Positions 22,064-32,839 of a DNA stretch of 33,967 nt are shown here, piece by piece. A model generated the notes under the pieces. It was not told the DNA's origin, searched no databases, and worked only from the letters and a program-made list of their open reading frames with translations. Every line of letters begins with the position of its first letter. Position 1 is the first letter of the stretch. Source of the DNA: Octopus bimaculoides. Its lineage: Eukaryota. The stretch covers positions 59,939,530 through 59,973,496 of the forward strand of contig NC_068990.1 in assembly GCF_001194135.2 (NCBI RefSeq), given 5' to 3'. A program made the position numbers and the translations under genes.

Positions 22064-22449
22064 TTGTTGTTGGCACTCCGTCGCTTACGACGTTGAGGGT
22101 TCCAGTTGATCCTATCAACAGAACAGCCAGCTCGTGAAATTAACGTGCAAGTGGCTGAGCATTCCACAGACACGTGTACCCATAACATCGTTCTCGGGGA
22201 TATTCAGCGTGACACTGTGTGACAAGGCTGACCCTTTGAATTACAGGCACAACAGAAACAGGAAGTAAGAGTGAGAGAAAGTTGTGGTGAAAGAGTACAG
22301 CAGGGTTTGCCACCATCCTCTGCCAGAGCCTCGTGGAGCTTTAGGTGTTTTCGCTCAATAAACACTCACAACGCCCGGTCTGGGAATCAAAACCGCAATC
22401 CTATGACCGCGAGTCCACTGCCCAAACCACTGGGCCATTGCGCCTCCAT
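22062..22449 (-). mobile_element. Relatively young full-length family C-type SINE, tRNA-derived head, (CAA)n tail
   Basis: Minus strand begins GGAGGCGCAATGGCCCAGTGGTTTGGGCAGTGGACTCGCGGTC.TAGGATTGCGGTTTTGATTCCCAG and ends GGAGTGCCAACAACAAC; CpG-rich. Confidence 0.88.
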
Positions 22450-22504
22450 GTGTGAGTATACATACATATAAATAAATGCATATACATGTATGTACAAACA
22501 CAGA

Positions 22505-22790
22505 GATCATAATCATCATAATCATCATCATTTAATGTCCATTGCCCATGTTCGCATGGGTTACATAGTTTGACCAGAGTTGGTAAGCTGGGGAGCTGCA
22601 CCAGACTCCAGTCTAATTTGGCATGGTTTCTATGGCTGGATGCCCTTCCTCATGCCACCCATTTACAGAGTGTGCTGGGTGGTTTTACATGTCACCACAC
22701 AAGCACTTTTATGTGGCATCACACAAACACTTTTATGTGGCACCGCCACAAGTGCTTGACACCAGCAGAAAGACCAGTCTTAGCATTTCT
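22505..22790 (-). mobile_element. RTE LINE 3' UTR fragment
   Basis: (CAT)n-TTTAATGTCCATTGCCCATG...GGTTTCTATGGCTGGATGCCCTTCCT plus repeated TTTTATGTGGCA units. Confidence 0.85.
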
Positions 22791-22844
22791 GCTTATTTTC
22801 AGCATTTAACACTGTCTTGAGTTTTTTTTATTTGAGAGTGATTT

Positions 22845-22990
22845 TTAGCTAGGAAAGGCATCCAGCTGTAGAAACCTAGCCAAAACAAATAATTAGAGAC
22901 TGGTGCAGCTCCTGGCCTTGCCAACCTCTGATAAACCATTCAACCCATGTTAACATGGTACACATGTTAAATTATGATGATGATGATGAG
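22845..22990 (+). mobile_element. RTE LINE 3' UTR fragment, inverted relative to 22505-22790
   Basis: AGGAAAGGCATCCAGCTGTAGAAACC...CAACCCATGTTAACATGG..ATGTTAAAT-(GAT)n. Confidence 0.82.
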
Positions 22991-23514
22991 ACATTTATAT
23001 ATATTATATAAATGTGCACATATTCACTCACACACATACACACACACACATGCACATACATTTATTTACTTATTTATTAGAATTTTTGTTGATTCTTGAA
23101 ATTATCTCCCCTTCTCAAGTGAAGTTGGTCTTAATTTGTCATTTGGTAATTATGACACGTTCTCTAGAAGGGGAGATAATTTCCATAAGTCAAGAATGCG
23201 TGTTGTTTGATATACCTATTTATTTACAATCATCAGAGCATGAAGTGCACCTCAAGAATGCAGGTTTGTGAGATGCTTGTGATCTGGAAACAGTTTTGAG
23301 TAGGAACCAGAAAGAGAAGTATGTACATGCAATGTGCATGTGTACACTGGATTCGCAAAATGGAAGAGAAGAATATGCAATGCGCATGTCAAAATAAAAT
23401 AGAAGAATAAAACAAGTTACATGTTGGTCTGCATGCCATATCTGACACCACTATCACACAGCTTTGCAGCAATTTTCTTCATGCCTTTGTGTGTGTATGT
23501 GCGTGTGTATATAT

Positions 23515-23938
23515 ATCTTTTATCTCTTGTTTTATTTGTTTCAGTGATTAGACTGAAGCCATGCTGGAGCACTGGCTTTGAAAATTTTTAGTCAAATGAA
23601 TTGACCCCAGCATTTTCTTTTTCTTTTTAAGTCTGGTACTGATTCTATCAGTCTGTTTTGCCAAACAGCTAAGTTACAGGTACATAAATACACCAACAAC
23701 AGTTGTTAAGCCGAAGTGAGGGAGAAACACAAACACAATGACACACATGCACACATAGATATATAAATATATGTATGACAGCTTTCTTTCAGTTTTTGTC
23801 AACTAAATCCACTCATAAGGCTTTGATCAGCCCAGGGCTATAATAGAAGACACTTGCCAAAGGTCCCACACAGTGGGCTTGAACCCAGAACGATGTGGTT
23901 GGGAAGCAAGTTTCTTACCACACAGCCATTCCTGAGCC
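23515..23938 (-). mobile_element. Complete composite SINE (B head + CA/TA microsatellite + D-tail)
   Basis: Reverse complement of the 9908-10383 layout. Confidence 0.85.
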
Positions 23939-24612
23939 TAAAAAGAAAAAAATATGGAACACTTCATGAATTTGTATGTCATGCATGTGCAGGGGGCCAT
24001 ACTAATCATTTCTGTATCATTCCAATTTTAGTATAATGAAAGTATACAGTGTTACAAATGCATTTCAACTGATCTTATATCAGTTTTACACTTGGTATCA
24101 GATAACCAGATATTATATTACAGGTCACTTAGCAAACATTACATACTCTTCACATGTGGGAGATATAGAAAAAGTCTGGTGTTATCTTACCAACCTATCT
24201 AATATTTAATTATCTCATACCTTGTGCGAAATTGATTGGTACATTTGGCTGAAATGGATCTATAATATTGTGTATTTTGATCAATATACTCACTCTATTG
24301 ACAAATATAAGAAGGTATTTTTTTTCCTGACTTATGGCTTCTGAGACAACTATATGTATATAAAATATGTTCTTATCTACATGCGGAATATGAGAACAAA
24401 CTGTTTTAATTTCCAACTTTTTCTTACTTCCTAATCTTTGACTTTGAATTTTTAATATTTGCTAAGATGGACATACACATCAAAACCGGTTATATTTTAT
24501 AAATGTCACTTAATGTAACAAATATAAAAATACTTATTCTGCTCAATTAAAGGAAACGAAGTAAAGAAAATCATTAAATATGGTTTTGTGTTGTTTCCAA
24601 TTTTACTTTTTA

Positions 24613-24651
<39 letters not shown>

Positions 24652-25572
24652 NNNNNNNNNNNNNNNNNNNNNNNNNNNNNNNNNNNNNNNNNNNNNNNNN
24701 NNNNNNNNNNNNNNNNNNNNNNNNNNNNNNNNNNNNNNNNNNNNNNNNNNNNNNNNNNNNNNNNNNNNNNNNNNNNNNNNNNNNNNNNNNNNNNNNNNNN
24801 NNNNNNNNNNNNNNNNNNNNNNNNNNNNNNNNNNNNNNNNNNNNNNNNNNNNNNNNNNNNNNNNNNNNNNNNNNNNNNNNNNNNNNNNNNNNNNNNNNNN
24901 NNNNNNNNNNNNNNNNNNNNNNNNNNNNNNNNNNNNNNNNNNNNNNNNNNNNNNNNNNNNNNNNNNNNNNNNNNNNNNNNNNNNNNNNNNNNNNNNNNNN
25001 NNNNNNNNNNNNNNNNNNNNNNNNNNNNNNNNNNNNNNNNNNNNNNNNNNNNNNNNNNNNNNNNNNNNNNNNNNNNNNNNNNNNNNNNNNNNNNNNNNNN
25101 NNNNNNNNNNNNNNNNNNNNNNNNNNNNNNNNNNNNNNNNNNNNNNNNNNNNNNNNNNNNNNNNNNNNNNNNNNNNNNNNNNNNNNNNNNNNNNNNNNNN
25201 NNNNNNNNNNNNNNNNNNNNNNNNNNNNNNNNNNNNNNNNNNNNNNNNNNNNNNNNNNNNNNNNNNNNNNNNNNNNNNNNNNNNNNNNNNNNNNNNNNNN
25301 NNNNNNNNNNNNNNNNNNNNNNNNNNNNNNNNNNNNNNNNNNNNNNNNNNNNNNNNNNNNNNNNNNNNNNNNNNNNNNNNNNNNNNNNNNNNNNNNNNNN
25401 NNNNNNAAAAGAGACGAATCTCCTCAAAAAATTCTCAAAAAATTCTCAAAAAATTCTCACTGAAGAATCTACTAGAGTAGATGCAAGCGCTAATATATGA
25501 TTTCTAAAAACATGTGACATATTAATAAAAATCTGTAAATGTATAACCATCCAGATCTCTGAGTACCTTATT

Positions 25573-25611
<39 letters not shown>

Positions 25612-25987
25612 CAAATTTACAGAAAACAATACACAAAGACATGTGAGGGAACATTTAGGTCATGTTTACAATTCAGGAAGTAACTGCTAGCTTTTTGGAT
25701 CCCATAAGATGGTAGCACAGCTGGAAGTCGATAACCAATAGCAAAGAGAGATGGTCTCCAATTGTTACCTTTGAGTAGTGAGGCATTTTCCCCTCCATAT
25801 TTTTAAGAGGTCATGGGCCAACAGGTTTTTGGGATCTGATATGCCATAAAGCTAAATCCTTTATGGATGGGAAACCTAAGGCAATCCCACAAACCAGTCT
25901 TCCCCATTTCTTATATATATATATATCATCAGTAGTTTATATATCTGAAAAAGAAGCACACTGTAAAGCATTACAGCAGTAATACAT

Positions 25988-26168
25988 TTTTAGGAAGTTA
26001 AAAGTTATGGTCAGTCATAGAGTGACCATTGGTCTCACATCTATAAAGTGTTTAGCAGTATAGGCGACTCCTCAGACTCAAATGACTGAAGGTGCATCTG
26101 CGAAGTGTTTTATAGGTGCAAAACCAATGGTCACTCTATGACCAGTCATAACTTTTAACTTCCTAAAA
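25988..26168. repeat. 181-bp fold-back element: 60-bp arms (25988-26047, 26109-26168), 61-nt loop
   Basis: Hand alignment gives 8 mismatches in 60, all transitions; lies between (TA)n tracts. Confidence 0.9.
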
Positions 26169-26220
26169 TAGGAAACCTGAAAGAGTCAGACTCCTATCAG
26201 GGGCCTGCAAAACTGTTTTA

Positions 26221-26288
<68 letters not shown>

Positions 26289-26305
26289 GTATATATATAC
26301 ACATA

Positions 26306-26385
26306 CAGGAATAAAATGCTGCACAGAAAGCCAACAAAAGNNNNNNNNNNCAGGAATAAAATGCTGCACAGAAAGCCAACAAAAG
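26306..26385. other. Probable assembly artefact: identical 35-mer on both sides of a 10-N gap
   Basis: CAGGAATAAAATGCTGCACAGAAAGCCAACAAAAG at 26306-26340 and again at 26351-26385. Confidence 0.85.
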
Positions 26386-26414
26386 AAACACAAGGCAACA
26401 CACTCAAATGACAT

Positions 26415-26452
<38 letters not shown>

Positions 26453-27161
26453 ACACACACAAACACACATGCATACATAAAACAAAATACTATCATAGCT
26501 ACTCACCTGATGAAGTGCCAGTACACAGTTACTGCTGGAGCATATTCATTTATGTAAATATTTAAATAAAATTGTATGTAGTAATATGATATGGAAAACT
26601 CAGCAACTAACAGCTGTTAACATTGCACAGAAACAATTGTTGTGATTTGTGATTAAAGCCTGTTTATTCCAATTTCTTGGCTTATAAATTTTTATATAAA
26701 CTAAAGTATATACATATTCAACATATGTATGTAATTTTACACTGTTACCATACATTTCACCATATTTTGCTCCATTGTATTACATAATTGAAACAGTCAC
26801 TATTGGTTTTATCAAAGGATTTCAACAATTACCTCCCATGAAGTAAACATGATACATTACTAATGAATAGCATTTGAAATCTTTTATAATATTGATGAGT
26901 TTAGTGACCAGTTTTTATAGCATGGAACAATGTAGTATATTGTCATCATTGTTCTTGCTATTGTCATAAGTAGGTGTGGTAAGCTATTTAAAAGAGGAAA
27001 TTAGTCATTACATTAAACATTAAACATCTAAAAGATTTTACATTAAATATGTAATATTGAACACATAGCATTAAACATACAATATTAAATAAAACATTTA
27101 GAGCATTCATATATAAATAATTTGATAAGTATAAGCATTCAACACAAAGGGAGATAATGAA

Positions 27162-27383
27162 AGCATCGGTTCCAAATTTTGGCACAATGCCAGCAAGTTT
27201 GGGGGAAAGGTTAAGTTGATTATACCAGCCCCCAGTGCTCAGCAGGTACTTATTTCATTGACTCCTAGAAGGATGAAAGGCAAAGTTGAACTCAGCGGAA
27301 TTTGAACCTTGAATGCAAAGATGGACGAAATATTGCTAAGCATTTTGTCTGGCTTGCTAATGATTTTGCCAGCTTGCCACCTT
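27162..27383 (-). mobile_element. Family A SINE
   Basis: CCAAATTTTGGCACAATGCCAGCA...GGTACTTATTTCATTGAC.C.TAGAAGGATGAAAGGCAAAGTTGA.CTCAGCGGAATTTGAAC. Confidence 0.85.
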
Positions 27384-27819
27384 AAGATAATGTAAACATT
27401 ACCTGTAAATTTTTTTTATTCCCATTGTATTTCAATTGGAATTTAACCAGTCTCAGAGATTCTTCCCCAAAACATGGACATACACACAACCATACTCACC
27501 TACATACATCTGTATACGTGTATTACTGGCTTCTGTACCATTTTTATTTTCCAATTTCACTCTCAGGCTATTGAGTGGCATGCACTAGGAATGAATCTGG
27601 AACCACAAAATTGCAAAGAGATCGCCTAACCAGAGAGTCATATCTACATGTGTGCATGCGTGCGTGCGTGCGTGTGTGTGTGTGTGTGTGTGTCGTGTGT
27701 GTTAAGTGTGAGTGTGTGTGTGTGTTGAGTGTGAGTGTGTGTGTGTGTTGAGTGTGAGTGTGTGTGTGTTGAGTGTGTAGCCAAAATTAAATGTATTTTA
27801 CAAAATATGAAATATAAGG

Positions 27820-28040
27820 ATGCCACATAAAAAACATCAGTGCTGGTACCACATAAGAGGCAACCAGATACATTCTGTAAATTGGTTGCCATCAGGAAGG
27901 GCATCCAGTCATAGAAACTATGCCAAAACAGACAACTGGAGCCTGGTGCAGCTCTCCAGCTTGTCAAAATGTCCAAACCATGCCAGTGTGGAAAACGGAG
28001 GTTTAATGAGGATGACGACAATGATGATGATGATGAAAAT
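27820..28040 (+). mobile_element. RTE LINE 3' UTR fragment with (GAT)n tail
   Basis: GCCACATAAAAA...GGAAGGGCATCCAG.CATAGAAAC...CCATGCCAGTGTGGAAAACGGAGGTTTAAT-(GAT)n. Confidence 0.85.
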
Positions 28041-29006
28041 TGCAATATGATTATAGTATATTGTAAGTTTTTACAGAAATTTCACCACATTCAAAATATT
28101 TTGTGGCCAATAGTTGATTATTTGTTATTTAATTTAATGTGTAAATTCATATCTGAGGATTATTTTCCTAAGTTCTACAACCTCTTGACAACCAATGTAT
28201 CATTCAGCTATGCTCTGCATTTCACTCCGGTGGAAGATACAAACCACATTGATTAGTATTAAGAATTCATAGTGAACACCTACTTCAATAATTCATAAAA
28301 ATGTTTAAATTTGTAGAATCCTTCAAAGCAATATGTTTATCAGAATTATATAGTTCTCTCAAAACTTCAGTTTGATATTATTTTGTTTTCTTTAAAATGA
28401 GTTAACATGGAAAATATATTGCATCCAGCTGATAACATCTAAATATTTTGATCTTGTTTATAAAATTTCTGTTACATGCTGAATAATTTTGAAATTAAAG
28501 AAAATTTCTTTTATGAGACATTCTCTTACATGGTATTGTTATCAAAATGACATTATTTTTCCAACTATGTCTTCATCATCATAATAATATCATCTTTAAG
28601 ACATAATTCTTTAAAAATTTTCAACAGTTTTGGTTATGTTTTCTTGAAAGTGAGATGAAAAACGAACTTAATGTTTTATATTTACAACAATTTGCTAAAG
28701 TTGGATGCTATATTTCAGGAACTATACTAAGCTTTCAGATTGTATATAAAACATTAATAACTGAAAGCAGGCCTTCTTCTATTGTAATTTCCTTCACTTC
28801 ATAAAGCTATTAAATGGTACTTTATTTTATGGATTCTCAAAAGTATAAAAGATGAAGTTAACCTGAGCAGGATATGAATGCAAAATATCAAAGCCATAGA
28901 TAAATACATAGTAATCTTTTTTTTTTAAATGAAAATAAAAATACTACAATACTCCAAATCAAGGTCTTCTTGAGAATATCTATTCTTCAATATCAGATAT
29001 TTGGGA

Positions 29007-29377
29007 AGGTGATGAGCTGATAGAATCATTAGTGTGCCATGCAAAATGCTTAGCAGCATTTCATCCGTCTCTACATTGAGTTCAAATTTCACCGAGGTTA
29101 ACTTTGCCTTTCATCCTTTCAAGATTGATAAAATAAGTACCAGTTTATTACTGGGGAGGATGTAATTGATTTAGCCTCTCCTCTGAAATTGCTGATCTTT
29201 GGCCAAAATTTAAAATCAGTATTAGATATTTGTGAAAGTAATGAGGTATCAGAATTGTCACCATTCTAGGCAAACTGCTTAATGGCATTTCATCCACCTT
29301 TATGTTCTGAATTCAAGTTCTGCCAAGGTCAACTTTGTCTCTTGTCCTTTAGGGGTTGATGGAATAAGTACCAGTTG
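29007..29377 (+). mobile_element. Two adjacent family A SINEs (29007-29222 full, 29244-29377 partial)
   Basis: Both carry G(A/T)TCAA.TT...AGGT.AACTTTG.CT.T..TCCTTT.A.G.TTGAT..AATAAGTACCAG. Confidence 0.8.
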
Positions 29378-29996
29378 ATGGAAGAAGTAAAGGCAGTCCA
29401 CACCCAGCAGCACCTTTCATCCTATTGTAGGCTATTGTTGTAGGCAATATGTGTTTTTTGTGGGGTCAGGGGGTAGCAAAAGAAGGGCAACCTGGGCGGC
29501 ACACACTCTAGATACGCTAGTGGTGCGAACACTTTTCCCAGTCCTACAATGTGTCACCTTTTCTATATCCAGCAATATGTTCCCTTTTTCTCAGCTGTAC
29601 AATGTGGTTCTCCTCCTTCCAGGTAAGGCTACACTAGGCACATGCATCACAAACTTATGTACATGACATGGCATGGTGACCTCATATCAAGATAAACTGT
29701 GCATGACCTTGCAGGTGGAGACCAGATAGAATTTCCTTCAGGTTGAGTAACCCATCCCGCTCAAAAGGTTCATGAATAAGACTTGTTTAAGAATGATGAG
29801 CTAAACACCCAGCAGCCATAGCAGCAGCAGCAACAACAACAACAACAACAATATCAACAATAAATGCCTTGATGCAATGCTAGGCAATGGCTTTCCTGGC
29901 TTCTGACTTTTAATGATTGGAAATGTCATCATGTACATGTTCTGTCTACGTGTAAAAGATTGGCTACAGCAAATATCCTGCTCAATACCACAGATC

Positions 29997-30647
29997 AGTG
30001 CTGTATTTTACAATCCTGTAAATAATAACAGTATTTTTATATAAGCTTAAAGCTTATGGTGATCACCATGCAATGATTAACGAAAATAGTCTAATAGTGG
30101 AACATTTAAGCACTCAACAGAAAAAAGAAGGCTTTCCTATCCGCGTGGGGCTCGAACCCACATCCCTTTGTTAACGTGAATAAGTGTGTTACCTTTAAAC
30201 TAGCAAATTAACCTCCCGCTTTCTGTCAAATTTAAGAACTATATTAGTTTGTATTTGTTTTATGTAAACAAACGGTCTATATATGCTTTCAGTGCTAATG
30301 GTTTTGCTATATGGTGCCGTATTTTACAATCCAGTAAATAATAATAATAATGGTATTTTTATATAAGCTTAAATCTTATGGCGATCACCGTGCAATGACT
30401 AAGGAAAATAATCTAATAACAGGGCATATAAGCCCTCGACAGAAAAAAGAAGCACTAAGTGTGTTACCTTTACACACTTCAAGGTAACACACTTAGTTGC
30501 ATTAACAAAGAGAGATGGGTTCGAGCCCCACACGGATAGGAAAGCCTTCTTTTTTCTGTCAAGGGCTTATATGCTCTGTTATTAGACTATTTTCCTTAGT
30601 CATTGCATGGTGATCACCATAAGCTTTCAGCTTATATAAAAATACCA
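29997..30647. repeat. About 317-bp unit in tandem (29997, 30314) plus an inverted third copy (30481-30647); the unit contains a tRNA-like T-arm/B-box
   Basis: GTG(C/T)(C/T)GTATTTTACAATCC recurs 317 nt apart; GTGGG-TTCGAGC-CCCAC stem-loop on the minus strand at 30145-30161 and (A)TGGGTTCGAGCCCCAC on the plus strand at 30515-30531. Confidence 0.88.
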
Positions 30648-30870
30648 TATATATCTGTGAGATTCTCAGCTTTTTTAGCTGCTATTTTTCTGAACTTCGG
30701 TATATGGTGAAGCAAATATTTTGCTGATCCCTTAATTATATGTATAAATATATGAACTTTTGAATAAGTTCTCCACCAATAATGGTGCTTTCATACCGAT
30801 GGGCTTGGTAAAAATTATTAATTATTAATTGATTTATTAATTAATAAATTGATAATCCTTTACCCTTTTA

Positions 30871-30873
<3 letters not shown>

Positions 30874-30929
<56 letters not shown>
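30874..30929. repeat. (TA)n microsatellite
   Basis: Directly visible. Confidence 0.97.
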
Positions 30930-30932
<3 letters not shown>

Positions 30933-31359
30933 ATACCAAATTAAAAATAAATGAATTTTATAATTAGAATTGGATTCCATTCTTAGTGAGTTACTGCATT
31001 TTAGAAATTAACTAAATGCTAATATTTCTAATGAGGGAAGATTTAAAGAAATAAGGTACTTGAAACTCCAATCTTTAATGAAAGCAGCTTAAGAAAAGCA
31101 AGTGACACAATTTAACTTATTAATCACTTATTATCAACTGTAACAGATACAACATTTTGATAACAGGAAATTATCACAAAAATTTCTTGAAAGTCATGTA
31201 TAACAGCCATCACTTAACATTTACCATTTTTTGTTTTTTTGGTCTATTGCTAATTAAGGTGGTACCTTGCTAATAGAAAACATGATTAGTTTACATATTT
31301 GATAATGAGTTATATCAACATTATAGATATGGGCTTAAGAAGTGCTAACAGTACTCTCA

Positions 31360-31545
31360 TCATCATTATCATCATCATCATCATTCTCATCACTGTCATC
31401 ATCATTGTTGTCGTCATCGTTGTTGTCATCATCATCATCATCATCATTTAACATCCGTTTTCCATGCTAGCATGGGTTTGACAGGAGCTGGCAAGCCAGA
31501 GAGCTCCAGCAGGTTCCAATTGAATGTCTTGGCATAGTTTTTAGT
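31360..31545 (-). mobile_element. RTE LINE 3' UTR fragment with expanded (GAT)n tail
   Basis: (CAT)n-TTTAACATCCGTTTTCCATGCTAGCATGGGTTTGACAGGAGCTGGCAAGCC. Confidence 0.85.
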
Positions 31546-31551
31546 GTATAT

Positions 31552-31614
31552 AGATGTGTGTGTGTGTGTGTGTACATGTCTATATATATCTATATATATC
31601 TATATCTATATCTA

Positions 31615-31670
<56 letters not shown>

Positions 31671-31724
31671 AATCTATCTATCAATCTATCTATCTATCTA
31701 TATATATATATATATATATATATA
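31552..31724. repeat. Compound (TG)n/(TATATC)n/(TCTA)n/(TA)n microsatellite
   Basis: Directly visible. Confidence 0.95.
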
Positions 31725-31925
31725 CTCTTTTACTCTTTTACTTGTTTCAGTCTTTTGACTGTGGCCATGCTGGAGCACCACCTTTAGTCGAGCAAATCGA
31801 CCCCAGGACTTATTCTTTAGAAGCCTAGTACTTATTCTATTGGTCTCTTTTGCCGAACCGCTAAGTTACGGGGACATAAACACACCAGCATCGGTTGTCA
31901 AGCGATATTGGGGGGGACAAACACA
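31725..31925 (-). mobile_element. Young D-tail module (the head presumably lies in the following gap)
   Basis: CTCTTTTACTTGTTTCAGTC.TTTGACTGTGGCCATGCTGGAGCACCACCTTTAGTCGAGCAAATCGACCCCAGG; CpG-rich. Confidence 0.88.
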
Positions 31926-32500
31926 TACACACATNNNNNNNNNNNNNNNNNNNNNNNNNNNNNNNNNNNNNNNNNNNNNNNNNNNNNNNNNNNNNNNNNN
32001 NNNNNNNNNNNNNNNNNNNNNNNNNNNNNNNNNNNNNNNNNNNNNNNNNNNNNNNNNNNNNNNNNNNNNNNNNNNNNNNNNNNNNNNNNNNNNNNNNNNN
32101 NNNNNNNNNNNNNNNNNNNNNNNNNNNNNNNNNNNNNNNNNNNNNNNNNNNNNNNNNNNNNNNNNNNNNNNNNNNNNNNNNNNNNNNNNNNNNNNNNNNN
32201 NNNNNNNNNNNNNNNNNNNNNNNNNNNNNNNNNNNNNNNNNNNNNNNNNNNNNNNNNNNNNNNNNNNNNNNNNNNNNNNNNNNNNNNNNNNNNNNNNNNN
32301 NNNNNNNNNNNNNNNNNNNNNNNNNNNNNNNNNNNNNNNNNNNNNNNNNNNNNNNNNNNNNNNNNNNNNNNNNNNNNNNNNNNNNNNNNNNNNNNNNNNN
32401 NNNNNNNNNNNNNNNNNNNNNNNNNNNNNNNNNNNNNNNNNNNNNNNNNNNNNNNNNNNNNNNNNNNNNNNNNNNNNNNNNNNNNNNNNNNNNNNNNNNA

Positions 32501-32839
32501 ATTTGGCAGAGTTTCTACAGCTGGATGCCCTTCCTAACGCCATCCACTCAGAGAGTGTAGTGGGTGCTTTTACGTGTCACCCGCACGAAAACGGCCACGC
32601 TCGAAATGGTGTCTTTTATGTGCCACCCGCACAAGCCAGTCCAGGGGCACTGGCAACGATCTCGCTCGAAAATCCTACGGGAGCCAGTCAGGCGGTACTG
32701 GCAACGGCCACGCTCAAAATGGTGCATCTCATGTGCCACCCACACAAGAGCCAGTCCAGGGGCACTGGCAACGATCTTACTTGGCTTGCCGGGTCTTCTC
32801 ACGCACAGCACATTTCCAAAGGTCTCGGTCAGTAGTCGT
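32501..32839 (-). mobile_element. Young RTE LINE 3' fragment: ORF end plus 3' UTR with a 113-bp internal duplication
   Basis: Minus strand reads TTDRDLWKCAVREKTRQAK*, matching TSDRDLW..VLEKT at 15436-15625. CGGCCACGCTC...CCAGTCCAGGGGCACTGGCAACGATCT occurs at 32592 and 32705. Confidence 0.88.

Noticed and set aside
23308-23392. Imperfect direct repeat GAGAAG...ATGCAATG(T/C)GCATGT as a regulatory site
   Set aside because: Two short diverged copies only; no supporting context.
26306-26385. 35-bp direct repeat as a TSD or CRISPR-like repeat
   Set aside because: Identical copies separated only by a 10-N gap; typical unmerged contig overlap.
26507-26560. CTGATGA as a hammerhead core; also a minus-strand CAG|GTGAGT donor
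   Set aside because: No GAAA follows a stem II. The putative exon has no clear acceptor, its phase is incompatible with 24221-24259, and the peptide is unrecognised.
29410-29525. Possible MITE right end (CTAGATACGCTAGTG)
   Set aside because: No matching left terminus or second copy in the window.
30126-30210. Functional tRNA gene
   Set aside because: Only the T-arm and box motifs are present; acceptor and anticodon stems do not pair.
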